Positions 11,630 through 25,700 of a DNA stretch of 64,000 nt are shown here, piece by piece. The position numbers and the translations under genes are program-made. The DNA is from Lama glama (taxonomy: Eukaryota): contig CM052817.1 of assembly GCA_028534125.1 (NCBI GenBank), positions 102,302,001 to 102,366,000 on the forward strand, given 5' to 3'. Numbering within the stretch: the first letter of the stretch is position 1; each line of letters starts with the position of its first letter. Below the pieces are notes generated by a model, which saw only the letters and a list, made by a program, of their open reading frames with translations, searched no databases and had not been told where the DNA came from.

Positions 11630-12305
11630 TGGTCGGTTCACATATGGCAACCAACTGCACACAGCAGAAGTCTAAATGTAATCGAAGAAAAATTTTCTCA
11701 GCATGTAACATTTCTACAAGTGGACCTGAAAAGAAAAATGTAAGAGCGAAGTTGAGAGTGAAGAAGGCTTGGCTTTCTATGAGATGGTAGGCATGCATCC
11801 AACTGAGGAAGAGTTATTAAGGATCTAATGGTTTTTGCGAGAAAATCAAGACGAAAATTCTTGGTCATTGTTACAGTCCCAGCGCCATCAGCCTTGACTG
11901 TAATAGAGGAATTGTCAAAAAACGCTTGTTGATAAATGTAGCAGAAAGCCAGTTTCACTATGGAAAATTCTGAGATTGACAATAACAAGAATGCTATTGA
12001 TTCAACAAAGCAATGATGTACTTAGTGGAAGCTGAGCTTAAGACATGGACATGCATTGGTGCCTTCTAAGACATTCCTCTGCTAAAACAGCTTCCAAGCC
12101 ATTTGGAAGTGCGGTAGAGAATTCTAGAGCTAAGATTTGTCTCTTGTTTGTCCACACTGTTCATCCATTCACTTTCATCTTTAATTTCTCTCTCTCTGCC
12201 TTTAAATCCAGACCTTCAGGAGGAAGCATCTTTCATTTTGCATCATATTATGGACGTCTTAAAATGTATTTTCTGCCAATCTTTATGAAAACATTAAAAG
12301 GCTGC

Positions 12306-12385
12306 AGGCAGGTTTACTCCTGATATATAAACAATAATAGCCAAAAGGCAGGTTTGCTCCTGATATATAAACAGTAATAGCCAAA
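12306..12385. repeat. 40-bp tandem duplication (2 copies)
   Basis: aggcaggtttactcctgatatataaacaataatagccaaa followed by aggcaggtttgctcctgatatataaacagtaatagccaaa; 2 mismatches. Confidence 0.95.
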
Positions 12386-12664
12386 TTTGAATCTTAACAT
12401 TTTTCGAACTAGTTTCGGGAGATCTAAGCTGATTCCCTAATGCTGGATTTTGGTGTCTGGCGGTAACTCTTAAAGCAGGTGACCGAAAGAAAGCTCCAGA
12501 AGGTTTTTCTATTTATCCACTACTAGAGAGCCCACAATCCCAGGGTGCCTTGGTGAGGCCCATTTGGGTGGGCATGGTAAGAACTCAGAAATGTCATTCA
12601 GACCAGAACCTGCTCAAAACACAAAATGAAGGCAGTGGTATTCTAAGAAACACGGATGCCTACC

Positions 12665-12722
12665 TTAAATTCAAATTTAGTTGGGTGTCTTTTATTTTTA
12701 CTTGCTAAATCTGGCAACCTTA
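12665..12722. mobile_element. MER53-like hAT MITE fragment
   Basis: Terminal motif aaattcaaatttag...ttgctaaatctggcaacc. Confidence 0.6.
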
Positions 12723-13589
12723 CTTGGAATGGACACGGCTCCCAGGAATGCTTCTCTACAAAGGAAGGAGAGAGGTGCTGCGAGAACAAACACTGGCTTC
12801 TCCCATCTCCCTGCCGTGTGAGTTCCTAATGGTGTCTCCTATGAGCACAATCTAAGTGGAAGACATTTGGCAAAAAAGCCTAGGAAATGGTGGTGTTTTT
12901 GGCCCCTAGCCACAGAAATACAGAGCAGAGGATAGAGTGAGGGGCCTGGGGATAACAGACTGTAGGTAAATATCCAGCAACTTCTTATATGAATGATGTA
13001 GAATTTTAGTTTAAGATACTTCTAAATACAAAGACGCATCTAGGTTAATTTCTTTCTATACGTGCTTTGGTTGCCTACTTTGGTGCTCAGACATTCTGAC
13101 TGCTGCTTTTGCGGTGGACAAAAACCATCCATAACTGGGATATGAGGTGTCATAAAACCAGCACCACACTAGCGGTCCACTTGGAAATGCCACAGGAATG
13201 CGGAAGAAGGACTGTTCATTCTGACCAGGAGCCCTTTACAGAACGAGTGGCATTTGAATGAGACTTCACTTGCATAATGAAAGAAGAGGAAAGAGAAAGA
13301 CCTTCCCAGATGGACAACGAGATCGGAACCGGAGGTGAGAAAGTGTGCAGTGTGTTCTGAGAATAGCCAGGGGTTTGGTGCAGCTGAGTAACGATGATGT
13401 GTGAATGTGGGTGGGGACTGACTTGGTCATGTGGGAAGAGCACCTTGCCGGAGGAGGGCCTCAAATACAGTTGGTTCAAATCTAACTTTTTCCTTGGTTT
13501 CAGCATCTTCGAATGATTTCCCATTGCTGACACATTACATGGCATAATAAAAACCACATTCTTAGCTCCATGTCTAAGGCAATGAATGC

Positions 13590-13708
13590 TGTTTTTTTTA
13601 TGATAGGTATAGCCCATGCAATATTGGGAACACATTTACACCAAAAAGTTTTTGTTTATTTGAAATTCACACTTATCTGGGTGTCCTGTATTTTACCTGT
13701 CAACTCTA
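13590..13708. mobile_element. MER53-like hAT MITE fragment
   Basis: cccatgcaatattgggaac...tgaaattc...gggtgtcctgtatttt. Confidence 0.55.
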
Positions 13709-14057
13709 AAGACAAAGCCTCAGCATTTTAAATGTCTCCCCTTACCCCAATTTCTAGCTTGATGTTGTTCATTTCCTAGTCTTTGAGGACTGATTCTGCT
13801 GCATCCCTTTTTGGCTTCCCCCACTGACAGTTTAAGATTCCACTCTCTCCAGGGTGTGGGCTACCACTTGACTACATGCCTTCTTGTTTCCAAAATTTTG
13901 TTTCTGTTCTTTTTTTCTCTTTGCATATTTTCATCTTTGTGAAATAAACAAAAACAACTCTACTGTCACTTTAATGAGGTTTGGGGAAGAAGCAAAATTA
14001 GACATATATATTCAATCAACCACCTTTAAAGAAGTCTATATATTTATTTAATATGTT

Positions 14058-14557
14058 NNNNNNNNNNNNNNNNNNNNNNNNNNNNNNNNNNNNNNNNNNN
14101 NNNNNNNNNNNNNNNNNNNNNNNNNNNNNNNNNNNNNNNNNNNNNNNNNNNNNNNNNNNNNNNNNNNNNNNNNNNNNNNNNNNNNNNNNNNNNNNNNNNN
14201 NNNNNNNNNNNNNNNNNNNNNNNNNNNNNNNNNNNNNNNNNNNNNNNNNNNNNNNNNNNNNNNNNNNNNNNNNNNNNNNNNNNNNNNNNNNNNNNNNNNN
14301 NNNNNNNNNNNNNNNNNNNNNNNNNNNNNNNNNNNNNNNNNNNNNNNNNNNNNNNNNNNNNNNNNNNNNNNNNNNNNNNNNNNNNNNNNNNNNNNNNNNN
14401 NNNNNNNNNNNNNNNNNNNNNNNNNNNNNNNNNNNNNNNNNNNNNNNNNNNNNNNNNNNNNNNNNNNNNNNNNNNNNNNNNNNNNNNNNNNNNNNNNNNN
14501 NNNNNNNNNNNNNNNNNNNNNNNNNNNNNNNNNNNNNNNNNNNNNNNNNNNNNNNNN
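14058..14557. other. Assembly gap (500 N)
   Basis: Run of exactly 500 N next to a poly-T tract; placeholder size. Confidence 0.99.
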
Positions 14558-14949
14558 TTTTTTTTTTTCCATGAATGTGTCTGGATATGGAATAGTTATG
14601 TATGAGTGAGAACATAACTAATGGATGTGATTATCTGGTTGATATTTTCTATTTTGACTGGAAGTAGTAATTACTCGTTCTCAATGAGATGGAAAGTAAA
14701 AGATTTTACCTTATCCTCTACTTTATGCTCTTGCTGAGGGCTTAATTGTTGTCCTTTTAGACTTACATTAATACATATTTTTCATTACGATCATGCTATA
14801 TATTCTGTTATGCACATTTTCCACAATAGTTTGTGGCTGTCTTTCCACATCAACTTTAATGTCTACTATATTCTTTTCAAGAAAAGCATGTTATTTATTT
14901 GTACTGAATAATGTATCCATCAATCCTCTATTCATGGGAAGATGCTCTG

Positions 14950-17200
14950 TATACCAAGGAATGTGCATTAAAAGCCTGCCATCTACCCAAGACCCTATTC
15001 CATTTCAGAGAGGTATCAATGTTTAGTTTCTTATATATCCTTCAACATATATCTATGTCATAATATTTATGTGAATAAATATTACACTTAGATAAGTATA
15101 AATAAATCTTGCACTAAGATTAGTGCCCATTTTTTAATTTTAATAAAATATTGGAATTTTTCCATATCAGAGCACATACTAAGCTCCCACATGTATCTAT
15201 ATCCATTTCTCGGCTGACTATTCTGTTCTCTTGATTTGAATTTTTATTCCTGCATTAACAAACAACTCCAACATAATTATATGCTTTTATTCCTGGTAGA
15301 AGACTCACCCCCACCTCTCCTGAGTCTGCTCTTTCAAAAGTTTCTTAAACATTGGATATCTTTTAGCTCATCTGTGATAATCTATGATGATCCATAAACT
15401 TGAGCATCAATTTGTAAAGTTCTTCCAACAAAACTCACTGCAAGTCTTATAGGAATTATATTAAATTTATGTGTTAATTTTTATGGAAAAAGGCATATTT
15501 AAAAATCTGTGTCTTTCCTTCCAGGGGCAAGGTGTGTCTTTCCATTTATTAGGACTTTAAAACTTTCATTCGAGTTTCATAATTTCTTGTTCCTTTACAT
15601 AGAGTTTCCACATTTCTTGTTAAAGCTATTCTTATTCTATAGGTTTTGTTCATAGTGTGAAGGTGGTTATTTTTTAGACAAATCAAACAGCTAGCTCACT
15701 GCTGTTATCAAGAAAAACTGCTAATTTTCATGTGCCATATTTATCTTGCATGGAATCATTTATAGGGCACTTGCATTAGTTTTAACAGATTTTCTGTTGC
15801 TTTATATGGCCTTATCTACAAATCATTATAATTTAACTTCTTTCTTATCTCACTTGTTCAAACTCCCAGAACCATACTGAATTAAAAAATGAGTGCAGAT
15901 ATCCCTTTATTATTCCTGATTTTAATTATTCCTGTGCCTGCCTCTGTGCTCTACCATAAAGAATAATTTAGTAGTACTTCCTAGTTACTCTTTAAGAAAA
16001 ATTTTGACATATCTCCCCGTTCTTTCTCTCAGAACGCTGCTTGGTACTTTCCTTGAATTCTGTCAAATGATTTTTCTGCATATATTGGTTGCTATTGCTT
16101 ATCCGAACTATTTGCAATAAAGTGTTGTCTAACATTTAATCACTATTTTCAGTTAATTCTTTGCCCAGATGTATAATTAAATCATGTTCTAATAATGATA
16201 ATTTTATTTCCTGCTTTCCAATTATTATACTTCTAATTTCTTACCTGACTCTAAATGTAGTGAAAAGTTCTTGTAAAAAAAATGAAAAAAAAAGTAGTGA
16301 TGGTGGACAACTTTGTCTTGTTTTGATGTTAATAGAAATGCTTCTAGTGTTTCCCAATATACAACTGAGGTAGAGTAGTTTGATTTAATTAAGTTTTAAA
16401 CGTATCCACCTGTTCCTATGTCTAGTAAGTTTTTTATTTAACAAAGAATGGATTTTAAATATTGAAATGCCTCTACCTTCTATGAAGATGCTTATGATTT
16501 TTCTCCTTATATAAAGCAATATGGTAAGTTGTTAATTTATTTCTTAATAATGAACCATCCTTGCACTCTTAGAATAAATTCCACTTGGAAATGTGCTGCT
16601 TGATCCTTTCAATAGACTTCACTAATGATTTTTGGCTCAATATTCTTAAGCAAAATGAAATCACAATTCCCTTGCGACTTTATTGAATTTGGGTATCTTT
16701 GTTATACTCACATTTTAAAACACGAAAGATTTCCTTCTTTATCTAGGTCCTAGAAAAATTTAAAGTGCATTATAATTAGAATTTCATTCTGAATCTTGAG
16801 GGGTTGGGATGTATGCAGGTGGTGCTGGTAGGAGTTAACTCCTTGAGAATTCTGTTTCTTCTCTGTTAATCTGTTTAGGTTTTCTGTATGTTCTATAATC
16901 AGTCATGAGATTTTATTTTTCTTAAACTTAACCGTTTTATTTGACTGTTTGAACACAACAGCATGGATCTGGACAGAATTCTCCCCTCACCATTTTTATT
17001 AGGATGCCAATGATTCTTCTCTTTGCTTCTTAATTGGTTAGTTTCATCTACTTCATTTTATACCAAAAAAAAAAAAAATCAACATTTAGGTTTATTTACT
17101 AACTCTACATCTTTTTTATTTCACAATTTATTTCCTGTCAACTGTTTCATACTATTTTTTAAAGTTTCTTCTTTTTCTTAAGAACTATGTTTCACACATT
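14950..17200 (-). mobile_element. Highly degraded old L1 (L1M/L1ME-type)
   Basis: T-rich antisense L1 ORF2-like tracts (e.g. atgaaccatccttgcactct, atttgtaaagttc); no intact ORF. Confidence 0.65.
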
Positions 17201-19590
17201 TATTTTGGGTTGGAGTCAGTTAAGTAAGAGAAAGGAAAATGAGGCATCAGAGATAAGGCTAGAAGGTTATAAAAAGGTAGAGAAATGGTGGGAACAAAGA
17301 AATGGTGCATATCAGAAGGAATCATTGTCTAGTGATTTTTAAAAAATAGACAGTCTTATTTGAATATACATATTAAATACTTATTTAAATACAACGTATT
17401 TGTTGATGAGAATCATTTGGCAAAAAGGGAGAGAATTTATGGTGCAGCAGAGGAAGGGGTTAATTGTGGAAGCAAAGTCCTTGAGGAGGCAGGAGTACAT
17501 GGCAACAATAGTACACGTGGCAACGCTGTTCCTAGGTGAGTTCTTCCTTTGCAACAGGAGGCAAAAGGCGTAATGGTAGAAGTGTGTACGCAGTCACTGT
17601 TGAGGTATGTGCTTATGAATCAATGAATCCAGTCGGCACAGCTGTCTTTCTCTAAAATTTTACAGCTTGAGTGTGCTCAAGGAATAGGCAGAGCGACAGA
17701 CTTAGGTTTAACCTGGGTTGGGTTTCTGCCCATAAAAAAAAGGCACATGCATGAAATTCTGCTTAAAATTTCATGGGGTTCACGACCACATATGGTAGGT
17801 GGACTCTTGGCAAGGGTATTTGAGAACACTGTTAATATAGGACAGCATAAAGCGGGGAAATAGATTTTTTTCATGTTCTTCAGCGTTTGACACTTAACGT
17901 CTAACACAACAGTTGCAGGTTTGCTCGGCAGGATACTAGGCGCTCTCATTCTCACCTCCTTTTATTAATTTCTCCTCGGCCTCAGGGCTGAGCTTTGGGA
18001 TACTATTCACCTCTGTGATTTTTCTTGTTAGAAAGCGTAGTAGAACCTCTCAGGGATGCAAGTGTAGTGGTATTTTTTTCTTTATTTAAGTTTACAAAAT
18101 ACATGCTTATAGAAAATTAAAACATTATAGAAATATATAAAGCCGATCATGAAAGTTCTCCCATAATTCCACTCCCTCACAAAACTACTGGTAACAATGT
18201 GCTGTTACTTCTCCATTATTATTTAGAACATTAACAAGTTGTTTCACCAAAAAAAAAAAGCTTGCACAACTTCCTTTTTTATCTAAGAGCAGATTTTGGA
18301 CATCTTATTATTCCAGAAACATTTCTCATTCTTAATGGAGAGAAACTGCATGAGGATACCATAATTTATTATACTAGGCCCTTACTGATAAGACATCTGG
18401 GCTGGTTTTAATTAAAAAATAAAGGTACAATGAACTTGATTGTGTATACTTGGCAGATTGCTCCTAACAGGCAGTTTTCTAGTAACTTCCTTCCTAATGA
18501 AGCCAAAGAGTCCAAACATTTTCAGCATACTCTGGGAAGCTACCCTCCTAAAGGCTGTAGTACCTACACTCCCACCTATGGCATGCAAGACGGGGTATGC
18601 ATAATTTGGAAATGCTTATTCAAAATTAGGGTCTAATTTTAAGATTTGAAACCAAAATTTTAAACCGCCTGTTCCTGCTACAGAAAGTGAAGTGTGACAA
18701 ATTTTCTTGACTGATTAGGGAATTGGGATCCTTAAAGACAAGGTCTACAAAGCAGAAAGAGGCGTAGGCATCAGAAACGTTAACACTTTTCTATAAAGTC
18801 TTTGCAAAAGACCGCAGGCCTTGCTACGGCTTCAGGTGTCTCCACTGGTGGCTCCAGCTATTTCCCCAGGGTTTGATACCTATACTGGTAACTACTGCTT
18901 GTGGCATAAAACTGCAACTCAAAACACGAGCTTTCCCCATCACCGACTGCGTCGACTGCGGCAGACACGTCTTTGCTCCTGGACTCCTGGAACACACACT
19001 CGTCCCACGTCTGGTTTCACCCACTTCACGCCTCATTTTAGAACACCCATTCCCTCCTCTGACCTCTCAAGTCTCAGCTCAACCACCACCGACTCTTAGG
19101 TCTTCCAGAATCCGTCCCGGGGAAAATGAATGGTCTTTTCCTCTGTGTGACCCCAGCTTTTCGCTGGTACCTCTATGACAGCATTTCTGTAATAAGCCAC
19201 TCAAGTGGAAGTCTTAAAGGACAGACTCATCTCGCTTGTCTATTTCCTGAACATTATCTAGTGCAGAACTGTGCAGAATGCACACTCAAAAACTGCCTGT
19301 GGAATAAACATATGTAATTTAAGTCTTCAATCCTTTAATCCCAAATTATCAGTCAGATACTAGTTTTTAAAGGATTAAAAAAAGATTGCTCCCTTCAAAA
19401 CACGTCCTACTAGAGTTAGCAGTTTCGTAAGTTAAAAAACAAAAAGGTATGTTTTAATAAAGGTGACAAAATATTCTGTCTTTAGAATAGTTATGCTCAA
19501 AAAAAAACCTGCGTATGCTTGACATCTGCATCTTACCTCCTAGGATCTCAAATTGTTTATTTTAGAAATAAAAACACGGGGAGAGGACAG

Positions 19591-19596
19591 TTTATT
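19591..19596 (-). terminator. PLRG1 polyadenylation signal AATAAA
   Basis: tttatt on the plus strand, ~150 nt past the PLRG1 stop codon. Confidence 0.7.
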
Positions 19597-19746
19597 GTAA
19601 AATATGAAGAAGCAATGATTCAAGCATCTGAGTTTTGCTTTATATTCCTAGCCAGAGCACAATGACTGGATGGTCTCATCAATGCCAAGCTAAAAAAACC
19701 AAAAACAAACAAACAAAACTGGAACCACCATGAAGACACTGCCACA

Positions 19747-22700
19747 TTAAAATCTCTTTCTCTTGATAATTTCTGGCTTCCAGCTGACTGGATGAGTTTC
19801 TTCTGTCTAAAAATAGAAAAGTAAGCAAGTTAAAACAAAGTATTATTGGTTTGCTTCATATTTAGTAACTTTTTTTTATTTTTATATATAAACTTTTTTT
19901 ACTGAGTTATAGTCATTTTACAATGTTGTGCTGTAACTTCCTTTCTAACATAAATAAGGTATTCATTCTAAATTATGTTACTTGGCAGTTCTTTTTAAGA
20001 CGAGGTGACCAACTTTTGACATTATTGGAATTTAATGAAGGATGAATTCATTCAACTATTAATTGTTTATGGTTTTTCATCTTAAATAAAATTGCTATTT
20101 AGATATTCTAATAACACCAAAGTTTATGATTCTAGAATTAATCTGCATAGCAATCCACTTATTCGCTGTTACTCTCAGTGTACCATTTTCCCAGTAACTT
20201 TAACAAGGAAAGCTGAGATAAAATTAAAACTATGGATTGCTGGCATCAATGAAAGCAATACAGAAATCAATGAGCAGACACTACTCAAGATGACAAATAC
20301 TTTAATACTATGAAGATTATCCTCCCTTTGATAATTACGTTAACTCTAAAATGAGAAAACGCATGCAAAATTGGCATGACATTTACTTTCCTTTAAAATG
20401 TGTATGAAACAGGGAACTTACTGCTGTATCATCCTCTCTGTACACTTTGATGGTTTTATCAGCTTCAGCTGTTAGTAACCGACTCTCAGACTGATCAAAA
20501 GCACAAGCAAATATTCCTGATTCACTGTCCAAGGACCCAGGCTGCACTGCGGCATGAACTCTCTGGAAATTGTAGCCAGTTCTCCAGTCCCAGAGATGCA
20601 TAGTGCCATTGTCAGCTTAAAGGGAAAGATACAATTAAACTTGGTAAGCCTTTAATGAGTCAGTCTGATGAACATTTATTATTAGGCACCAATCATTAGC
20701 CAAGTACTGTGCCAATAACTACAGTTATAAAGATATGAAGACGCAGGCACTCAGATTTCTCTTAGTATCAGCTGACTTTCATTTGTGCTCAATTCAGAAT
20801 TTGTTACATATCTCAAGAAGCACCACAAGATGACATTCATTTCTAGAATATACAAGCCAACTTTGGGTGATTTCTGGCATAAACCCCTTAGACTTATCAA
20901 TTTGAGAACTTAAAGAGAGCTAAGCCATGAAATATGCTACAGGTACTAGGAATATGCATGAACACACACATGAACATTCAAACACACAGTGAAAAGGCAA
21001 GTTCTGCTATAATACTTAAGTATAATGACTTAGGAATTTTACTCACTCACTAAAAGAAAAAAATGACAGACTAAAGCATATCTATCATAAAAATCTTATT
21101 TTACCTCCAGATACAAGCACCCCATCAGAATTTACTGTCAATGTGTTAATAATAGCATTATGACCAGAAAGATTTTGAATGAAACTTCCATCGGGGAATT
21201 TCCACTGTTTTATGTTATCTGGAGAACCAGATGCAAACGTGTAACTGAAATAAGATGAAAAAGAATTAATGACAAAGTAAACCAAGTTAAATAAAATGTC
21301 AGATTTTAAAAATGCTTATTATGGTTGTATTTTGCATCTGTAGTCATGATCCATGTAGTTTTAGTAAAATATTATTGTCATACCAAGAGAGAAAAACATC
21401 AAGACATCTGTTCCAAGTTAAACCAGATTTTCAAATTATTTTAAATGTATTCTAAGCCCTAGATTAAAGTTTTCTTCTTCTTTCATTTCCCCATTGCTCA
21501 ACACTGAGCTAAAGCAATAAATGTGCAAACCCTTAAACTCACATAAAGAGCGAGGGGTGATGTAACTATTTTGGTGAGAGCAAGAGAAAAGCCAGAGAGA
21601 GAGAGAAGAAGAAATGGAGAAAAGGAAAGAGAGAGAGGGCAAGAGGGAGAGAGAAAGGGAGGAAGAAGGAGAGAGGGAATAAAAGTAAGGGAGAGCAGGA
21701 GAGGGAGGAGGACGGAAGACATGAATGTGACCAGAGAAGTGCCGGGTGACGCGGTGTCACAGACGACAGGTGGTGATGCTGCGCTCCATCTCTTTGGATA
21801 TCCTGACTACACTGTTCATGATTCCTACTACTTTTTTCCCCTATGGATACTACCTTCCTCCTTAAAAATTAACCATTCTACTTATATCTCAGTGTCTACT
21901 ACCATTTATTTCCAAAACATTAAATCTAGCTACTATTAGCTTCTATTATGACATGCAGCTTTTCATCATGATTTATTCAGATTACCTCATTTGACATTAC
22001 CATTTTTCACGGTGTAGGAAGTTTTCCTTATCTTATAAAGGGCACGAAGCAAAATACTACACAGGGAAAATAAAAGAAATGCATGTTCCTAAGTGGCACA
22101 GGCCTGAAAATGGCACAGGCCAAATGCCGACCAAACTAGCACTAATGTTGCGATTTCTACACTATACCTAGAACCAACGGAAGGACTTTGCTTAGGGAAA
22201 TATACTTACTGCCTTGGATGCAAAACCACAGCCCTGACTGATTTTTTGTGATTTGTTAATGTGACTCTTGTTTTTCCAGCCACCAAATCCCATAATCGTA
22301 TTGTAGTGTCATGGCTTCCTGTAAGGGAGATACACACACAACCCCAAAACATAAATGCAAAAAAGGGCAAAAATTAAAACATAATAAAATCTGAAGCACT
22401 CTTCCATTGGCGCACATATACTAAGTAAAAGTCGTATTAACTCTTAGCTAATTGCTATATAGTTCCAAAGTTTGGGGCTAATTTTAAATTTAACTGTTAA
22501 ACAAATGTAATAAACGTGTGTTGTCCTGTCATCTGAACAGCTAAAACAAATGTGAATAACAAATAAAACAAATGCATGGTATTATCCCCTGAAAGAGAAG
22601 AAGGAAAAAACTTCAATGATTTATTAGTTACCAAAACACATCAAGGGAGGGGGTTATCTTCTAATCTCAGAGTAAATATCCATTGCTATTAGCCTTATTA

Positions 22701-25700
22701 GAAGTGAAACAAGACTCAAATCCGCTCAGGGTATTTTGTCTTCTAACTTCAATTCCCCAACTGGTAATTCTGATACCATAAAACAAGGCTTAGCTGCATC
22801 TAACGGCACCATTTTCTAGTCAGACGTTACACCATACAACATAGGACGTATCCTATGATACGTAAAAAGTATGAGATAAAACAATCGAATGGAACGTTAC
22901 CACAATACATTTCAAATGCACACAGAAACACTGTATATCCAGCACAAAGCCAGAGTCACGGTAAAGATGAAAAGCATATGACACATAACCTTACTGCACT
23001 GATATGATATACTGTAAACCTGGAAAGCGGCGATCGTACCAGTAATAATTTGTGGTTCTGCAGCTTGACACCTCACGGTAGCAACCGCATTAGTATGTCC
23101 AGATAACGTGTGGACACTGGCTTTAGTCCTCACATCCCAAATCTATAAAAATACAACAGACATACTGTCAGAGAACAGGTGTTCGTATCTCAGGCAGGTC
23201 ACTGGGAATTTACCAGACAATGGTGTGTGCCTGTTTGACTATGACCAAGAAAGTGCTTACGTGAACTCGTCACCTGTGAGCTGGCTGGGGAATGGAGACA
23301 GGAGGCAGCCAATGGGGGAAACAAGCTAAAAGATCCGGAAACCTACTGTCTAGAGTGGGTCTAGTGGGGCCACTGAATGAAGCAGCCAACGGACCACAGC
23401 TCTGGTCAGAGACCGGAATGTGAGAGTGTCAGGGGTGGGGCACTCCAATGATAAACATGGCGAGGCCACACAACTGAAGATGTAGCTGGAAAAAACATAC
23501 AAGTCAAGAAACTGAGACTAAGGTATTGATGAGTCAAGGTACCTATCTTTAAATTCTCTGTCAAACAATATATGACTGCAGTATCAAACAAGCACACTGT
23601 GAGATGCAGTATGTGCCCAGGTTGGCACAGAGCTCTGCTCCACTTACCCGTGCCGTGGAATCTCGGCTACAGGTCACCAGCACGTCGATTGTTGGGTGTA
23701 AATCCAAGCCATACACTGCACTCAGATGTCCGTGGTAGTGCCTTATAACCTAACGGATAAAGAAGGAAAGTTAAAATGTCTACAGTGAGAAAGGGCAAAG
23801 GGGCTCCTAACGTTTTAAATCCTTCACTCCATGCTTACCTTGTTATACTCAAGATCCCAGCATTTGACCTGTTTGTCCTCCCCGCAGGAGAAGAGGTACG
23901 GGCTCCGGGTGCTCACTATCACACCGCGCACCGTGCTGATGTGCCCCGTTAATGACAGTTTTAACTTGCCACTAGCCAAGTCCCATATCTGCAATCAAAG
24001 AATACTCAAGTTTTCTTCTTGTTGATTATACCAAAGCAAATTTTTAGACTCTTGATGTTAAAACTGTCTTCAAAAGGTGAAATATAAAAACATATACAAA
24101 TATGAAAGTTTGCAAAATGACCCCAACAGCAAAAATAAAGGCAGGAAAAAAAGAGAATTAAAAGGCATATTTAAACAGAAAATATCTACATAGATGACAA
24201 AAACTTAGTATTCTTAATATATAAAGGATATCATTAAGAGCAAAATATAAATACTAAGGTATTAAATTAGCTGAGGATGGTATCAATTAAAAAAAAAACC
24301 TGCAAGTAGCAAAGAAAGGTATCAGAAAGTTCAACCTCACTCAAAATTTTATATAAACAGTTTTTAAAAGATTAGATATTCACTTCCACTTATCACATTA
24401 GTAGATATTTTTAAAGAAACACAAGCAATCTGCTGAAAAGAACCCTCTCATAGGCTGCAAGTATCAATTCACCCATTTTGGAAAATGATTTTTACTTTGG
24501 GGGTCAACTTCAAGAATGTTTGACCTGTTGTGGGGAGGGTATAGCTCAATGGTAGAGCGTGTGCCTCGCATGCATGAGGTCCTGGGTTCAATCTCCAATA
24601 CCTCCCTCAAAAAGTATAAACAAGTAAATAAACCTAATTACCTCCCCCCACCAAAAAAAAAAAAACCTAAAAAAAAAAAAAGAGTTTGACCTGTTAACAC
24701 CTTTTCTGGGAAACTATCATAACAAAATAATTTGAAACACAGAAAAAGCTTTAGGCGTAGAGTAAATTACAGCATTACTTATGATAGGGACAATCAGGAA
24801 ACTAAAAAACTTCAATGTCCAACATTAGGAAAACAGATTATAGAATATCTAAATGATATAATACTACGGCGCCATTTAAAAAGATGTGATTTTTCACAGG
24901 AATATGCTTTTGACTTAAGTGAAAAAAAGCTGGGAACAAATTTACATATCAAACATGATTTTAAAAAGATACATATTTATGTACACACAGGAAAAAAGCT
25001 CAGAAGAAAATGCACTGATACATATACACAGAAATAAATGTCAAAAAGAAAGTCATTCAAATACCTGACAGTGGTAAGATTACATATAGATCTATATTCT
25101 TTTATACTTCTTTACATTTTTCACATTTTTTTTTTTTTACAGATAAGCACACTTTAACTTCGTAACCAGAAGGGGAAAAAACTTAAATATGAAGGAATTA
25201 GTTGTAGACAGCATGTACCGTCTGGAAAAGAAACTGTTTAAATACCACTTTTCAAACAGCTATTTATGTGGAACTTTTAACTGGTATAGATGATAAATTT
25301 TACTCCACACTCAGGTTAAGAAATCAGAGAACTACAACAGCAATTGCCACCCGAGGAAATAACTTAAAACCCATTAAAATTACAAGGCAAGCACAAAGTC
25401 ATGTTTATTTTTTTCTTCTTTCCTTATTACCTTTATAGTTCTGTCAGCAGATCCAGTAACAAACCACTGATTTCCAGGTTCCACAGCAATGCATCGAACC
25501 CAGCCAAGATGCCCACTGATCACCTGTGTTAAAAGAGCAGGCTCATTACACACAGGCTTAAGTTTAATCAGTATGAATTGCTCCCCCACATCTTCAAATG
25601 ATAAGTTTATGAGATTATCTCCCCATTAGATTCTAGAGTAAGTACTAAATTATCTTCAGTGTGTGAATGGATACACAAACTGTGGTGTATCCTTACAACA

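Noticed and set aside
14016..14615. Long ORFs (173-199 aa) in the ORF track
   Set aside because: Artefacts of reading through the 500-N gap.
21436..21939. Leu/Ser/Phe-rich and Arg/Glu-rich ORFs
   Set aside because: Translations of a GA-rich low-complexity intronic tract.
24532..24605. tRNA-like sequence with A and B boxes
   Set aside because: It has a SINE body, poly-A tail and TSD, so it is a tRNA-derived SINE rather than a tRNA gene (same for 5669-5800 and 61161-61301).
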